Below, piece after piece: positions 9,373-17,468 of a DNA stretch of 42,533 nucleotides. Position 1 is the stretch's first letter, and each line of letters opens with the position of its first letter. Source of the stretch: a virus; IMG/VR virus record IMGVR_UViG_3300010286_000001; one strand, given 5' to 3'. Both the position numbers and the translations under genes were made by a program. Below the pieces are notes generated by a model, which did no database searches, was not told where the DNA came from, and worked only from the letters and a program-made list of their open reading frames with translations.

Positions 9373-9402
9373 ATTCTACCATTAATTGATTATATGCGTC
9401 AA
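9373..9402 (-). promoter_or_regulatory. Sigma-A-type promoter for the moron (TTGACG-18-TAGAAT with a TGn extended -10)
   Basis: The reverse complement reads cccTTGACGcatataatcaattaaTGgTAGAATgtgg, about 20 nt upstream of the RBS. Confidence 0.55.
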
Positions 9403-9414
9403 GGGGGCAACATT

Positions 9415-9780
9415 ATGACGTTTCAAATAAACGGTGTTGATATAACGCCCTACATAGCACATCAAGGAGTTAAGTGGACTCGCGCTGACGTTGACGGCCC
9501 AAACGCTGGTCGTCGCGTAGACGGAACGCTAGTGCGTGATAGAGCCGCAATCAAATATAGAGTGGACGTAACTTGTCGTCCTCTTACGCTATCTGAGGCC
9601 GCAATAGTTTTGGGGTTGTTAGAAGATGAGTGGGTGTTTGTTACGGCGACGAATCCCTTTAAAGGGGGCGTAAAGACATACACCATGTACGCCAACAATA
9701 TCCCTGTCGCTTTTTCGGTGACAGCTCCAGATGGTAGTGAATATTGGGACGGCATTACGTTTCCCTTGATTGAACAGTAG
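9415..9780 (+). CDS. Putative distal tail protein (Dit-like, short form)
   Basis: 121 aa from ATG 9415 (RBS aaggggg); first gene after the tape measure in the + direction. Confidence 0.6.
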   Translation: MTFQINGVDITPYIAHQGVKWTRADVDGPNAGRRVDGTLVRDRAAIKYRVDVTCRPLTLSEAAIVLGLLEDEWVFVTATNPFKGGVKTYTMYANNIPVAFSVTAPDGSEYWDGITFPLIEQ

Positions 9781-9788
9781 GTGATGAT

Positions 9789-11726
9789 GTGCCTGCGGTT
9801 AAGCTTACATATAACAACACGGATTATGAAAATGAAATAGTGGCTGAAGGTGGGCGAATCGAAATGACCCACGCGATGGCAGGCGAAAGCCTATCCGCCG
9901 ATTCGCTCACCGTACCAATTACAACGGGCGGACAGCCCATACGTTTATTAGCAGCAGACCAAGAAGATAATGATTTATTAATATCAGACGATAACGAGAT
10001 ACTGTGTTTAGATTCGGGCGTAAGCGCTCCTGAGTATATTAAAAATTCGCCTGGTCTGTTGTATTACGGAAATGATTTACTTGTTAAACATTATCTTCAC
10101 CAAATAAATCGTCGCTCTAAGTATGAGTATGAAATGGTTTTTTACTCAGCCGTGTGGCTATTAGACCAATCAGACCATGTGGGCGGGCTTTATACCGGTG
10201 AAACGGCGGAAACTGTTTTGAGCGACATATTGAGCAACATAGTGACGTACTCGATTGACGACGACATAAAAGACATTCGGATATACGGTTACTTGCCTTA
10301 CGACAAGCGCCGAAACAACTTAATGAAAGTGTTAATGGCTATCGGTGCAGCATTAAAAAACGCTTCGGATGGGTCGTTGCGAATAACTCAACTAAGTGAC
10401 GTAGTGGCCGGAATATTCGACGGCGAGCGAGTTTATCTCGGTGGTACTGTTTCGGATTCGTCTCCGGCTACGGCGGTACAAGTAACAGAACATAACTATT
10501 TGCCTTCAGAGGAAGAAGTTACATTATTTGACGATTCTACGATCGGAACCGAAACAGTTATTTTTAATGAGCCTTATCACGACTTGTTATGTGAAGGCGG
10601 GACAATCGTATCGTCGGGTGTAAATTATTGCACTTTTACCGCCACGGGATATGTCACACTAAAAGGCAAGCGATACAACCATGTTACGCGCATTATTACG
10701 GTCGGCGAAGTTCCTACTGGTACCGAAAGTGATACAGTTCGTAAGGTAACCGACAATACGTTAATCACACCGCTCAATTCTGTTTTCATTGCAGAAAAAA
10801 TCTATAATTACCTAACAAAATCGCAAATCATCAAGCAGGATGTGATAGTTGGTACTGAAAGACCGGGCGATGTAGTAAGCGTATTAAATCCGTACACACA
10901 GGAAATGGTTGAGGCGTGTATTAAATCTATGGCAATTCAATTTGGAAAAAGCAGATTAAAAGCAACCTGCGAATTCTTGGTCGGCTACAAACCGCCAGGC
11001 GCTACGACGGGATTCACAAATTACATTGTCTTAACTGGGTCCGGGACGTGGACGGTTCCTGAAGGTGTTACAAGAATACGAATTATCCTGTGCGGCGCGG
11101 GACAGAACGGCGAAAATGGAAAGCCCGGCACAAACAACATAGTTACAGTCGGACAAACAGGCAACTCCACCGGTCAACCCGGAGGCGCGGGCGGTCAAAA
11201 AGGTTTAAGCGGAAGAATATTTGAAATTAACGTCAACGTAACACCCGAGGATGAAATTTCCTACAGTTGCGGTGAAGAAAACGACGAAGCAACGGTTTTC
11301 GGTTCGTATTCCTCCGAAGTTGGCAGACGCTATACTTACGGATTTACCGACCCGTTGAGCGGCTTAACAATTGGCGGAGACGGAATTGATGGAGTTGCCG
11401 GCGGTAAAGGCACAAACTTCCCGAATGGCTATGGACCGCCCGTAACATTCAACGGACAGACTTGGTATCCAACCGCCATTGATGATTACTGGGCGGCAAG
11501 CGGCGGTCCCGCTGTTGGTTCAAACGCCACTACCCGTCATGGAGCAAACGCCACAATACCCGGAGCGGATGGAGAAAATTACGGAGAGGGCGGGTCCGGA
11601 GGGCATGGAGGCGGCGGTGCTGGAGGGATGCGGCCTGAGACATTTGTTTCCGGAGCATGGATTAGCGGCGGTGCCGGTTCTCCCGGCGGCAAGGGCGGCC
11701 CAGGCTGCATAATCGTTTACTATTAA
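9789..11726 (+). CDS. Tail-associated (Tal-like) minor structural protein with a glycine-rich C-terminal domain
   Basis: 645 aa; C-terminal third is rich in GxGG/GGxG (GGSGGHGGGGAGG, GGAGSPGGKGGPG); position follows Dit. Confidence 0.7.
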   Translation: MPAVKLTYNNTDYENEIVAEGGRIEMTHAMAGESLSADSLTVPITTGGQPIRLLAADQEDNDLLISDDNEILCLDSGVSAPEYIKNSPGLLYYGNDLLVKHYLHQINRRSKYEYEMVFYSAVWLLDQSDHVGGLYTGETAETVLSDILSNIVTYSIDDDIKDIRIYGYLPYDKRRNNLMKVLMAIGAALKNASDGSLRITQLSDVVAGIFDGERVYLGGTVSDSSPATAVQVTEHNYLPSEEEVTLFDDSTIGTETVIFNEPYHDLLCEGGTIVSSGVNYCTFTATGYVTLKGKRYNHVTRIITVGEVPTGTESDTVRKVTDNTLITPLNSVFIAEKIYNYLTKSQIIKQDVIVGTERPGDVVSVLNPYTQEMVEACIKSMAIQFGKSRLKATCEFLVGYKPPGATTGFTNYIVLTGSGTWTVPEGVTRIRIILCGAGQNGENGKPGTNNIVTVGQTGNSTGQPGGAGGQKGLSGRIFEINVNVTPEDEISYSCGEENDEATVFGSYSSEVGRRYTYGFTDPLSGLTIGGDGIDGVAGGKGTNFPNGYGPPVTFNGQTWYPTAIDDYWAASGGPAVGSNATTRHGANATIPGADGENYGEGGSGGHGGGGAGGMRPETFVSGAWISGGAGSPGGKGGPGCIIVYY

Positions 11727-11737
11727 GAGGTGAGCTT

Positions 11738-13771
11738 ATGGCGATTTACAAAACCGCATTCACGCGGGCGCAGATAGAACAGGCGCTCTATAATGCGCTG
11801 AATGTCATTGCGGAAGGCAAGTCTTTTGTTCTTCGCGGCGCATGGCAGAGCGGCGCGAGCTATTCTAACACCGCGGAGAGCATGGACGTCGTAATTTATG
11901 ACGGCGTGTCCTATTACTGCCTCACGACGCACTCGGGGCAGTCCACTCCTCCCTCCGAGGACGCGACACGGTGGGGGCAGCTTGCTAGATACGAGCCGCT
12001 TATTAAACACGCGCCGGAGGATGAACTCGACGACGATGACGCGCTGATTTTCATTGACGTCTCGGATGGCGAAGCGACGAAGAAAATCACATGGGCAGAC
12101 ATTAAGGCTCTGCTACCGACCGGCGGCGGTGTTATCGATGCACCTGTTGAGTTCCGCAAGTCCGGCGGATACCTCCAGTGGCGGTTTGTTGGAGAGCTGG
12201 AGTGGCAAAACCTCGTCGCTTTATCTGAAATCACCGGTCCGCAGGGCGAGCCGGGCGCAGATGGGAAATCGGTAGAACTCAGGGTTACATCCACGCACGT
12301 CCAATGGCGGGCTGTCGGAGAGACGGACTGGACCGACCTTGTGCCACTGTCGGCAATAACAGGCCCACAGGGAGAACAAGGGCCTAAAGGTGATCCCGGA
12401 GCTAAAGGTGACAAAGGCGACAAAGGCGATAAAGGAGATAAGGGCGATGCGGGGCGTGGAATTGTTTCCATAGCACGGACAAGCGGTACCGGTGCGCCGG
12501 GGACTGTTGACACATATACCATCACTTTCACCGACAACACAACCGCTACATTCCAGGTCTACAACGGGGCCGACGGAGAAGGCATTGGAGATATGACGGC
12601 GGCTGTTTACGACCCGACAGGTAGAAACACAGACATTTTCGGGTATGTGGACAACATGATTGCGGACTTACCAACTGGCAAAAAGGTTGCTCGCTTTGTA
12701 GTTGGAACATCAACCGCAGGGTGGACTCTAGAAGATTGTGATTATCTTTGCGATGGAACAGATGACCAAGAAGAAATTATACAAGCACTAAATGATTTGC
12801 CCGCAACTGGCGGGGAGATAGTAATACTTGATGGAACTTATAATATTACGGCGAGTATCAATATTCCAAAGGATAATGTGTCTTTAAGGGGCAATGGTAA
12901 TGCCACAATCTTAAAGCGAATGTATAATTCCACTAATACGGATAGGGGGCCTACTGCGAGGGGCTTAATAACCTTAGATACAAAAAGCGGTTGCAAAATA
13001 CAAGGTTTGCAAATTGACGGGAACAAGGCAACATATACTGCAAGTTATAACTACGGCATCTCCCTATCTTCATCTAGTAACAACACAGTAACAGGTAACA
13101 CTTGCAATAATAACAACAACCACGGCATCTACCTATATTCATCTAGTAACAACACAGTAACAGGTAACACTTGCAATAATAACAACAACCACGGCATCTA
13201 CCTATATTCATCTAGTAGCAACTACAACACGGTAACGGGCAACATTTGCAACAACAACGACGGCCACGGCATCTACCTATATGCATCTAGTAACAACACG
13301 GTAACAGGCAACGCTTGCAATAATAACAACAGCCACGGCATTTACCTATATACATCTAGTAACAACAACACAGTAACAGGTAACACTTGCAATAATAACA
13401 ACAACTCCGGCATTTACTTATATTCATCTAGTGACAACACGGTAACAGGCAACACTTGCAATAATAACAGTAGCTATGGCATCCGCTTAGACTCCTCAAG
13501 CAACAACGCCATCACTGGCAACACCTGCAACAATAACACCGCCGGCATTCGTCTATCTTCGTCTAGTCACAACAACACGATAACAGGCAACACTTGTATT
13601 CGTGGCACTGGTGTATCAACGGACTACACTTCGAGTCAGCATACAATACAGATCAATGGTACAACAAACAATTATAACCTAATTTCAAACAATAACTGTA
13701 TGGGCAAAGCTGTTACAAACGGGGGCGGCACTGGCAACACACTTGTTAACAATAAGTTCAATGCAACATAA
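11738..13771 (+). CDS. Tail fibre / receptor-binding protein: collagen-like Gly-X-Y tracts plus parallel beta-helix (PbH1-like) repeats
   Basis: GPQGEPGADGK and GPQGEQGPKGDPGAKGDKGDKGDKGDKGDAG tracts, then about 9 copies of a 22-24-aa unit NNTVTGNTCNNNNNHGIYLYSSS. Confidence 0.8.
   Translation: MAIYKTAFTRAQIEQALYNALNVIAEGKSFVLRGAWQSGASYSNTAESMDVVIYDGVSYYCLTTHSGQSTPPSEDATRWGQLARYEPLIKHAPEDELDDDDALIFIDVSDGEATKKITWADIKALLPTGGGVIDAPVEFRKSGGYLQWRFVGELEWQNLVALSEITGPQGEPGADGKSVELRVTSTHVQWRAVGETDWTDLVPLSAITGPQGEQGPKGDPGAKGDKGDKGDKGDKGDAGRGIVSIARTSGTGAPGTVDTYTITFTDNTTATFQVYNGADGEGIGDMTAAVYDPTGRNTDIFGYVDNMIADLPTGKKVARFVVGTSTAGWTLEDCDYLCDGTDDQEEIIQALNDLPATGGEIVILDGTYNITASINIPKDNVSLRGNGNATILKRMYNSTNTDRGPTARGLITLDTKSGCKIQGLQIDGNKATYTASYNYGISLSSSSNNTVTGNTCNNNNNHGIYLYSSSNNTVTGNTCNNNNNHGIYLYSSSSNYNTVTGNICNNNDGHGIYLYASSNNTVTGNACNNNNSHGIYLYTSSNNNTVTGNTCNNNNNSGIYLYSSSDNTVTGNTCNNNSSYGIRLDSSSNNAITGNTCNNNTAGIRLSSSSHNNTITGNTCIRGTGVSTDYTSSQHTIQINGTTNNYNLISNNNCMGKAVTNGGGTGNTLVNNKFNAT
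13081..13560 (+). repeat. In-frame 66-72-bp tandem repeats inside the fibre gene (two adjacent 69-bp copies identical)
   Basis: 13081-13149 and 13150-13217 are identical at the DNA level; further diverged copies follow. Confidence 0.85.
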
Positions 13772-13781
13772 GGGTGATAAT

Positions 13782-14126
13782 ATGTTTAGAATGTTAGGCA
13801 AAAAAGTTGAATTAATTCGATATAAAGTCACATGGCAAGAAGATGGACTAGAAATGCAAGAAGATTGTGTATCAGAAGGACATAAAAATGAAGTTGAGCA
13901 AAAGCTAACCACCAAGAACATTAACTTTACAACAGAAGCAATAGACCAAACAGAAAATGAATGGTTTAACGGATTAGAGTTTAATTCGTATGATGAAGCA
14001 TTAGCAGTATTCAACAAAGGTGAACAAGCCTATTTACAAGAAAAGCAAAGACAAGAATTAACGGACAATCTAAGATTAAGAGCAGATATTGATTATCTTG
14101 CCATAATGTCGGGGGTAGAGCTATGA
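13782..14126 (+). CDS. Hypothetical tail-fibre-associated protein (XkdW-position)
   Basis: ATG 13782 after RBS aagggtga; C-terminal LRADIDYLAIMSGVEL; lies between the fibre and XkdX. Confidence 0.5.
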   Translation: MFRMLGKKVELIRYKVTWQEDGLEMQEDCVSEGHKNEVEQKLTTKNINFTTEAIDQTENEWFNGLEFNSYDEALAVFNKGEQAYLQEKQRQELTDNLRLRADIDYLAIMSGVEL

Positions 14127-14257
14127 GTTGGTTTGATAGAGTTAAGTTTTATTATGAGGAAGGTTTATGGAGTAAAGAGCGAGTTAGAAATGTTGTCGGC
14201 AAAGTATTGACAGCGGAGGAATACAAAACAATCACAGGCGAAGCTTATACGACTTAA
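14123..14257 (+). CDS. XkdX-family small protein (44 aa, below the ORF-track cutoff)
   Basis: MSWFDRVKFYYEEGLWSKERVRNVVGKVLTAEEYKTITGEAYTT matches the XkdX pattern (W..V..YY..G.W......V.....IT.EEY..ITGE). ATGA overlap with the upstream gene. Confidence 0.65.
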   Translation: MSWFDRVKFYYEEGLWSKERVRNVVGKVLTAEEYKTITGEAYTT

Positions 14258-14268
14258 AGGTGAGAAAT

Positions 14269-15498
14269 ATGACCACCTATATAAAACCGACTAAAATACA
14301 AATTTACGTCAACTCCGGGCGCAAGACAATGGCGCAGGTCAAGGCTGAAACAGGCTGTACGCATATAATCAACGGCGGCTATTTTAACATGAGCACATTT
14401 GAAGCGGTTTGTGTGCTGATAGCGGATGGCAAAACCTATGCTTACGAATGGAACGGTCGAGGGTATTGTTTCGACACCATGCCGCCTGTCTTGCGGTGGA
14501 GCACCAGGGAAGATAAGAATTTTATCTACGGCGTTCGTTTAGTGGAAAACGGACAAGCCGTCGTTCCGCTTGACTACAATGCCGCATGGGGCGGGGCGAA
14601 ACGTAAGACGGCGATGGGCGTGATGCCGGACGGTAGGATATGGCTTTACTGTTCCGACGACCTCACAACGCCCGAACAGTTACAGCAGATTGCTCTTGCT
14701 TCGGGGGTAGACAGCGCAATCATGCTCGATGGCGGCGGCTCGACACAGGGCGATTTCAACGGGCAGACCGTAACGAGCGACAGGATTGTGCATAATTTCA
14801 TCTGCTTCTGGGCGGAGGAAGATAGCAAGAGCGGTGACGACATTGAAATCAGACAGTCATTCCTTACGAATAACGATTGCTACAAAGAAGGCAAAACCAT
14901 AACGCCTAAAGGAATAATGGTACATTCTACGGGTGCGAACAATCCGAGCCTAAGCCGATTCCTGCCCGGCGATGAATTAATTGGCTACAATAAGTACAAC
15001 AACCACTGGAATCAACCCGGATTGAGCGTATGCGTCCACGCCCTTATCGGCAAAGACAAAAATGGAAACGTAAGGATATACCAAACCTTACCGTGGAATA
15101 TGCGAGGATGGCACGCTGGCGGTTCTGCCAATGACACGCACATCGGCTTTGAAATCTGCGAGGACGGACTAACTGACCCTGTATATTTCAATGCTGTCTA
15201 CAATGCCGCAGTTAACCTGTGCGTGCATCTTTGCAAGACGCAGGGGATTAGCCCCGACAACATAGTTTGTCACTCCGAGGGCTACAAACTCGGTATAGCG
15301 TCCAATCATGCGGATGTAATGCATTGGTTTCCGAAGCATGGTAAGACAATGGACGATTTCCGCGCCGACGTAAGGGACAAGCTATCGGCACAGACCGCAC
15401 CCACCTCCCTTACGCAGGAGCAGTTCAATGAAATGTTCGACATAGCCATGAAAGAATGGCTCTCTAAAAACTCCTTCAGACTGGAGGTTATCAAATGA
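14269..15498 (+). CDS. Two-domain endolysin: phosphodiester-glycosidase (NAGPA/DUF2233)-like N-domain plus Amidase_2/PGRP-type N-acetylmuramoyl-L-alanine amidase
   Basis: N-domain motifs IINGGYFN and AIMLDGGGSTQ. C-domain motifs IMVHSTGANNPS and GWHAGGSANDTHIGFEICED. The ORF track gives GTG 14260, but ATG 14269 has the better RBS spacing. Confidence 0.85.
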   Translation: MTTYIKPTKIQIYVNSGRKTMAQVKAETGCTHIINGGYFNMSTFEAVCVLIADGKTYAYEWNGRGYCFDTMPPVLRWSTREDKNFIYGVRLVENGQAVVPLDYNAAWGGAKRKTAMGVMPDGRIWLYCSDDLTTPEQLQQIALASGVDSAIMLDGGGSTQGDFNGQTVTSDRIVHNFICFWAEEDSKSGDDIEIRQSFLTNNDCYKEGKTITPKGIMVHSTGANNPSLSRFLPGDELIGYNKYNNHWNQPGLSVCVHALIGKDKNGNVRIYQTLPWNMRGWHAGGSANDTHIGFEICEDGLTDPVYFNAVYNAAVNLCVHLCKTQGISPDNIVCHSEGYKLGIASNHADVMHWFPKHGKTMDDFRADVRDKLSAQTAPTSLTQEQFNEMFDIAMKEWLSKNSFRLEVIK

Positions 15499-15932
15499 CG
15501 GAACCGGCGACCACGAAAAACGCAATATTAGCGGTGCTGGCTGCAATCGGCAGTTTCATCGCAAATCAATTGGGAGGGTGGGACGCGGCTTTGATAGTGT
15601 TAATCTGCCTGATGGGTATAGATTATGTGACTGGCATTATTCTTGCAGCCGTGTTCAAAGCCTCTCCAAAATCGGAAAGCGGAAGGCTATCCTCGCATGA
15701 AAGCTTTAAAGGGCTTGTGCGGAAGTGTTTAGTATTAGTGCTGGTATGGGTCGCCGCCATGCTCGACAAGGCCACAGGCGCAGCGTACATACGGACAGCG
15801 GTGGTGCTGTTTTATATTGCCAACGAAGCGTTAAGTGTATTGGAAAACACAGCCGCTATGGGTGTACCATATCCTAAGTTTATAAAAACGATGCTTGAAG
15901 CGGTCAAGGAAAAAGCCGACGAGGGTAAATAA
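15495..15932 (+). CDS. Holin (TcdE / phage_holin_4_1-like)
   Basis: 145 aa with multiple TM segments; DYVTGIILA and YIANEALSVLENTAAMGVPYP motifs; ATGA overlap with the endolysin stop. Confidence 0.8.
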   Translation: MTEPATTKNAILAVLAAIGSFIANQLGGWDAALIVLICLMGIDYVTGIILAAVFKASPKSESGRLSSHESFKGLVRKCLVLVLVWVAAMLDKATGAAYIRTAVVLFYIANEALSVLENTAAMGVPYPKFIKTMLEAVKEKADEGK

Positions 15933-15938
15933 GATTAA

Positions 15939-15968
15939 GCCGGGGGATTAATTTCCTCCGGCTTTTTT
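15939..15968 (+). terminator. Rho-independent terminator ending the late operon
   Basis: gccggggga-ttaatt-tcctccggc hairpin followed by tttttt. Confidence 0.6.
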
Positions 15969-15978
15969 GCTTCTAAGA

Positions 15979-16413
15979 TTATAAATTGTTCACGAGCTCG
16001 TCAATGATTGCTGAAATCGACTTTCCCGTCTCTGATTTCATTTTTTCCAGCTTTGCCTTAGTCGAAGCCAGGATAGTTAGATTTAATGGAACTTTATCGT
16101 CGCTTGCCTCCTCCGGCTCTCCGAACTCTGCGATGTACTCCTCGGCGGTGAGATGCTCTTCCGCCCACTCGCGGGCCGCTGCCGGAGTCAGGGGCTCGAT
16201 GTGTTCGCCTCCGGACCATTCGTTGTTACCAACGGACTTGGCGTATTTTGTCATTGGTCCGCCCTCGCCGTGGAGGAAGTATTTGCCCGCCTTTGTACGG
16301 TAGAGGCTCTCTTCAAAGTGGCTGAAATCGCGCCAGGAGCCGCCGTTGGAGTATGTGCCTATGAGTCGTGCCGTCTCGGTGTTGTAGAGTGCGCCGTTAA
16401 TGACTTTTTTCAT
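15979..16413 (-). CDS. Hypothetical protein with a C-terminal ribbon-helix-helix-like segment (second gene of the moron pair)
   Basis: 144 aa; RBS aaggagg; C-terminal LNLTILASTKAKLEKMKSETGKSISAIIDELV resembles a CopG/RHH beta-alpha-alpha unit. Confidence 0.6.
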   Translation of the reverse strand: MKKVINGALYNTETARLIGTYSNGGSWRDFSHFEESLYRTKAGKYFLHGEGGPMTKYAKSVGNNEWSGGEHIEPLTPAAAREWAEEHLTAEEYIAEFGEPEEASDDKVPLNLTILASTKAKLEKMKSETGKSISAIIDELVNNL

Positions 16414-16427
16414 CTTTGCTCCTCCTT

Positions 16428-17003
16428 TTAATTATTTTTCAGTATCGCGTTCGCGGCGTCAACCATTTCTTTTGTGATGATTCCCGGGACAAATCCAAAG
16501 CCACCCTCGTTGTTGATATCGTTGTATCTTTTCTTCCAAGCTTCGGCCTGAGCTTCGGTCATGAGGGAGCCGTCCCTGTTGCGGACGGTAGTCTCGGCGG
16601 CCTTGAGGACCTTCTCAGCGTATGCTATCTTCTGTGCCTTTTCTTCGGCGGCCCTAGCAGCTTCAGCTTCTTTTGCCTCCTCGGACTTTCCAGCTTCGAT
16701 TACTTCGCTCAAGAACTTTCCGATTATCTCAGCGCGGTCCTCGCGGAATGCGATTTTTTCAATACCCCAGATTCGCTTAAGACCGTTGCCAATGTCGATG
16801 ATTTTCCAGAAAGCAATATTCCAGCTGCTGTCGACTTTTTTGCCGTCGACGTAGACTTCGAGCATTGCTTCGACCTTTTCCTTCTTACCGACGTTTACCT
16901 TCCAACCGTCGGCGTCGACAATGTCATCAACCATTGTAATCTTGCATTCTGTTCTAAGCTCGATTTCGTTTCCTTTCGCTCCGGTCCATTTCAGTGTCTT
17001 CAT
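16428..17003 (-). CDS. Hypothetical protein (first gene of the moron pair); start moved to ATG 17003
   Basis: MKTLKWTGAKG... is preceded by aaaggggaaaacgaag. The ORF-track start at 17114 lies upstream of the predicted promoter, so it is unlikely. Confidence 0.6.
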   Translation of the reverse strand: MKTLKWTGAKGNEIELRTECKITMVDDIVDADGWKVNVGKKEKVEAMLEVYVDGKKVDSSWNIAFWKIIDIGNGLKRIWGIEKIAFREDRAEIIGKFLSEVIEAGKSEEAKEAEAARAAEEKAQKIAYAEKVLKAAETTVRNRDGSLMTEAQAEAWKKRYNDINNEGGFGFVPGIITKEMVDAANAILKNN

Positions 17004-17036
17004 CTTCGTTTTCCCCTTTCCCTTATCTTCGTGTTC

Positions 17037-17065
17037 ATTATAACATAGACTACGCGCGATGTCAA
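17037..17065 (-). promoter_or_regulatory. Perfect consensus sigma-70/sigma-A promoter TTGACA-17-TATAAT driving 17003..15979
   Basis: The reverse complement reads TTGACAtcgcgcgtagtctatgtTATAAT. Confidence 0.7.
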
Positions 17066-17148
17066 TAGGAAAATTAAATATTTTTGAAAATATTTTTAGA
17101 TTTTCTATGGGCATAAAGATAGCCGGAGGAATAGTCCTCCGGCTTTTT

Positions 17149-17171
17149 TACCGCCAATTTTACCGCCAATT
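17149..17171. repeat. Two tandem TACCGCCAATT boxes (candidate integrase arm-type sites, left of the core)
   Basis: taccgccaatt at 17149-17159 and 17161-17171. The same 11-mer pair recurs at 17447-17468. Confidence 0.6.
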
Positions 17172-17296
17172 TGTTTGGTGTTTTATGGCTAACTCTGTAT
17201 ACTACTGTACTCCTGCGCACAAACAGAATCCTTGATATATCAATGGTTTCAGGCGTTATTTGTCCATCATCGTATAGCTATGTTTACAAATATTTG

Positions 17297-17357
17297 CTAG
17301 ATTCAGGTTCTAGTGTGCAATACGCACGTGCGGGTTCAAGTCCCGCCTCGCGCACCA
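17297..17357 (+). other. attP core: 3' two-thirds of a tRNA-Leu(CAG) gene (anticodon arm, long variable arm, T-arm, 3' acceptor strand, CCA). It is not a complete tRNA.
   Basis: ctaga-ttCAGgt-tctag anticodon arm, gtgc-aatac-gcac variable arm, gcggg-ttcaagt-cccgc T-arm, ctcgcgc-a-cca. No matching 5' acceptor strand (gcgcgag) or D-arm lies upstream. Confidence 0.75.
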
Positions 17358-17359
17358 AC

Positions 17360-17407
17360 AAAAAGTACCGATTTTAGGCCAAAACAGCTTAAATTCGGTA
17401 CTTTTTT
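17360..17407. terminator. Bidirectional terminator-like hairpin after the tRNA fragment and after int
   Basis: aaaaagtaccga ... tcggtactttttt; an 11-12-bp stem flanked by an A-run and a T-run. Confidence 0.6.
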
Positions 17408-17446
17408 ATTGTTTTGCTTTATTCTATTTTACTTCGCAAAATCCTA

Positions 17447-17468
17447 TACCGCCAATTTACCGCCAATC
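17447..17468. repeat. Two tandem TACCGCCAAT(T/C) boxes (candidate arm-type sites, right of the core)
   Basis: taccgccaatt at 17447-17457 and taccgccaatc at 17458-17468, abutting the int stop codon. Confidence 0.6.

Noticed and set aside
13081-13560. A possible CRISPR array, suggested by regularly spaced repeats in 13.0-13.6 kb and 22.65-22.9 kb
   Set aside because: The units are contiguous with no unique spacers, are multiples of 3 bp, and lie in-frame inside long ORFs with clear protein-repeat meaning. No cas genes or leader are present.
11738-13771. A diversity-generating retroelement acting on the repetitive fibre gene
   Set aside because: There is no reverse transcriptase gene and no template-repeat/variable-repeat pair with adenine-specific differences anywhere in the genome. 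The repeats are structural beta-helix units.
16416-17048. 210-aa plus-strand ORF overlapping the moron pair
   Set aside because: It is a shadow of the minus-strand gene 16428-17003, which has an RBS, a promoter and a downstream partner. The plus-strand product is Phe/Ser/Leu-rich, and transcription from the late operon is terminated upstream at 15939-15968.
17271-17360. A complete tRNA gene
   Set aside because: Only the anticodon arm through CCA is present. The 5' acceptor strand (expected gcgcgag) and the D-arm are missing, so I call it an attP tRNA fragment rather than a functional tRNA.
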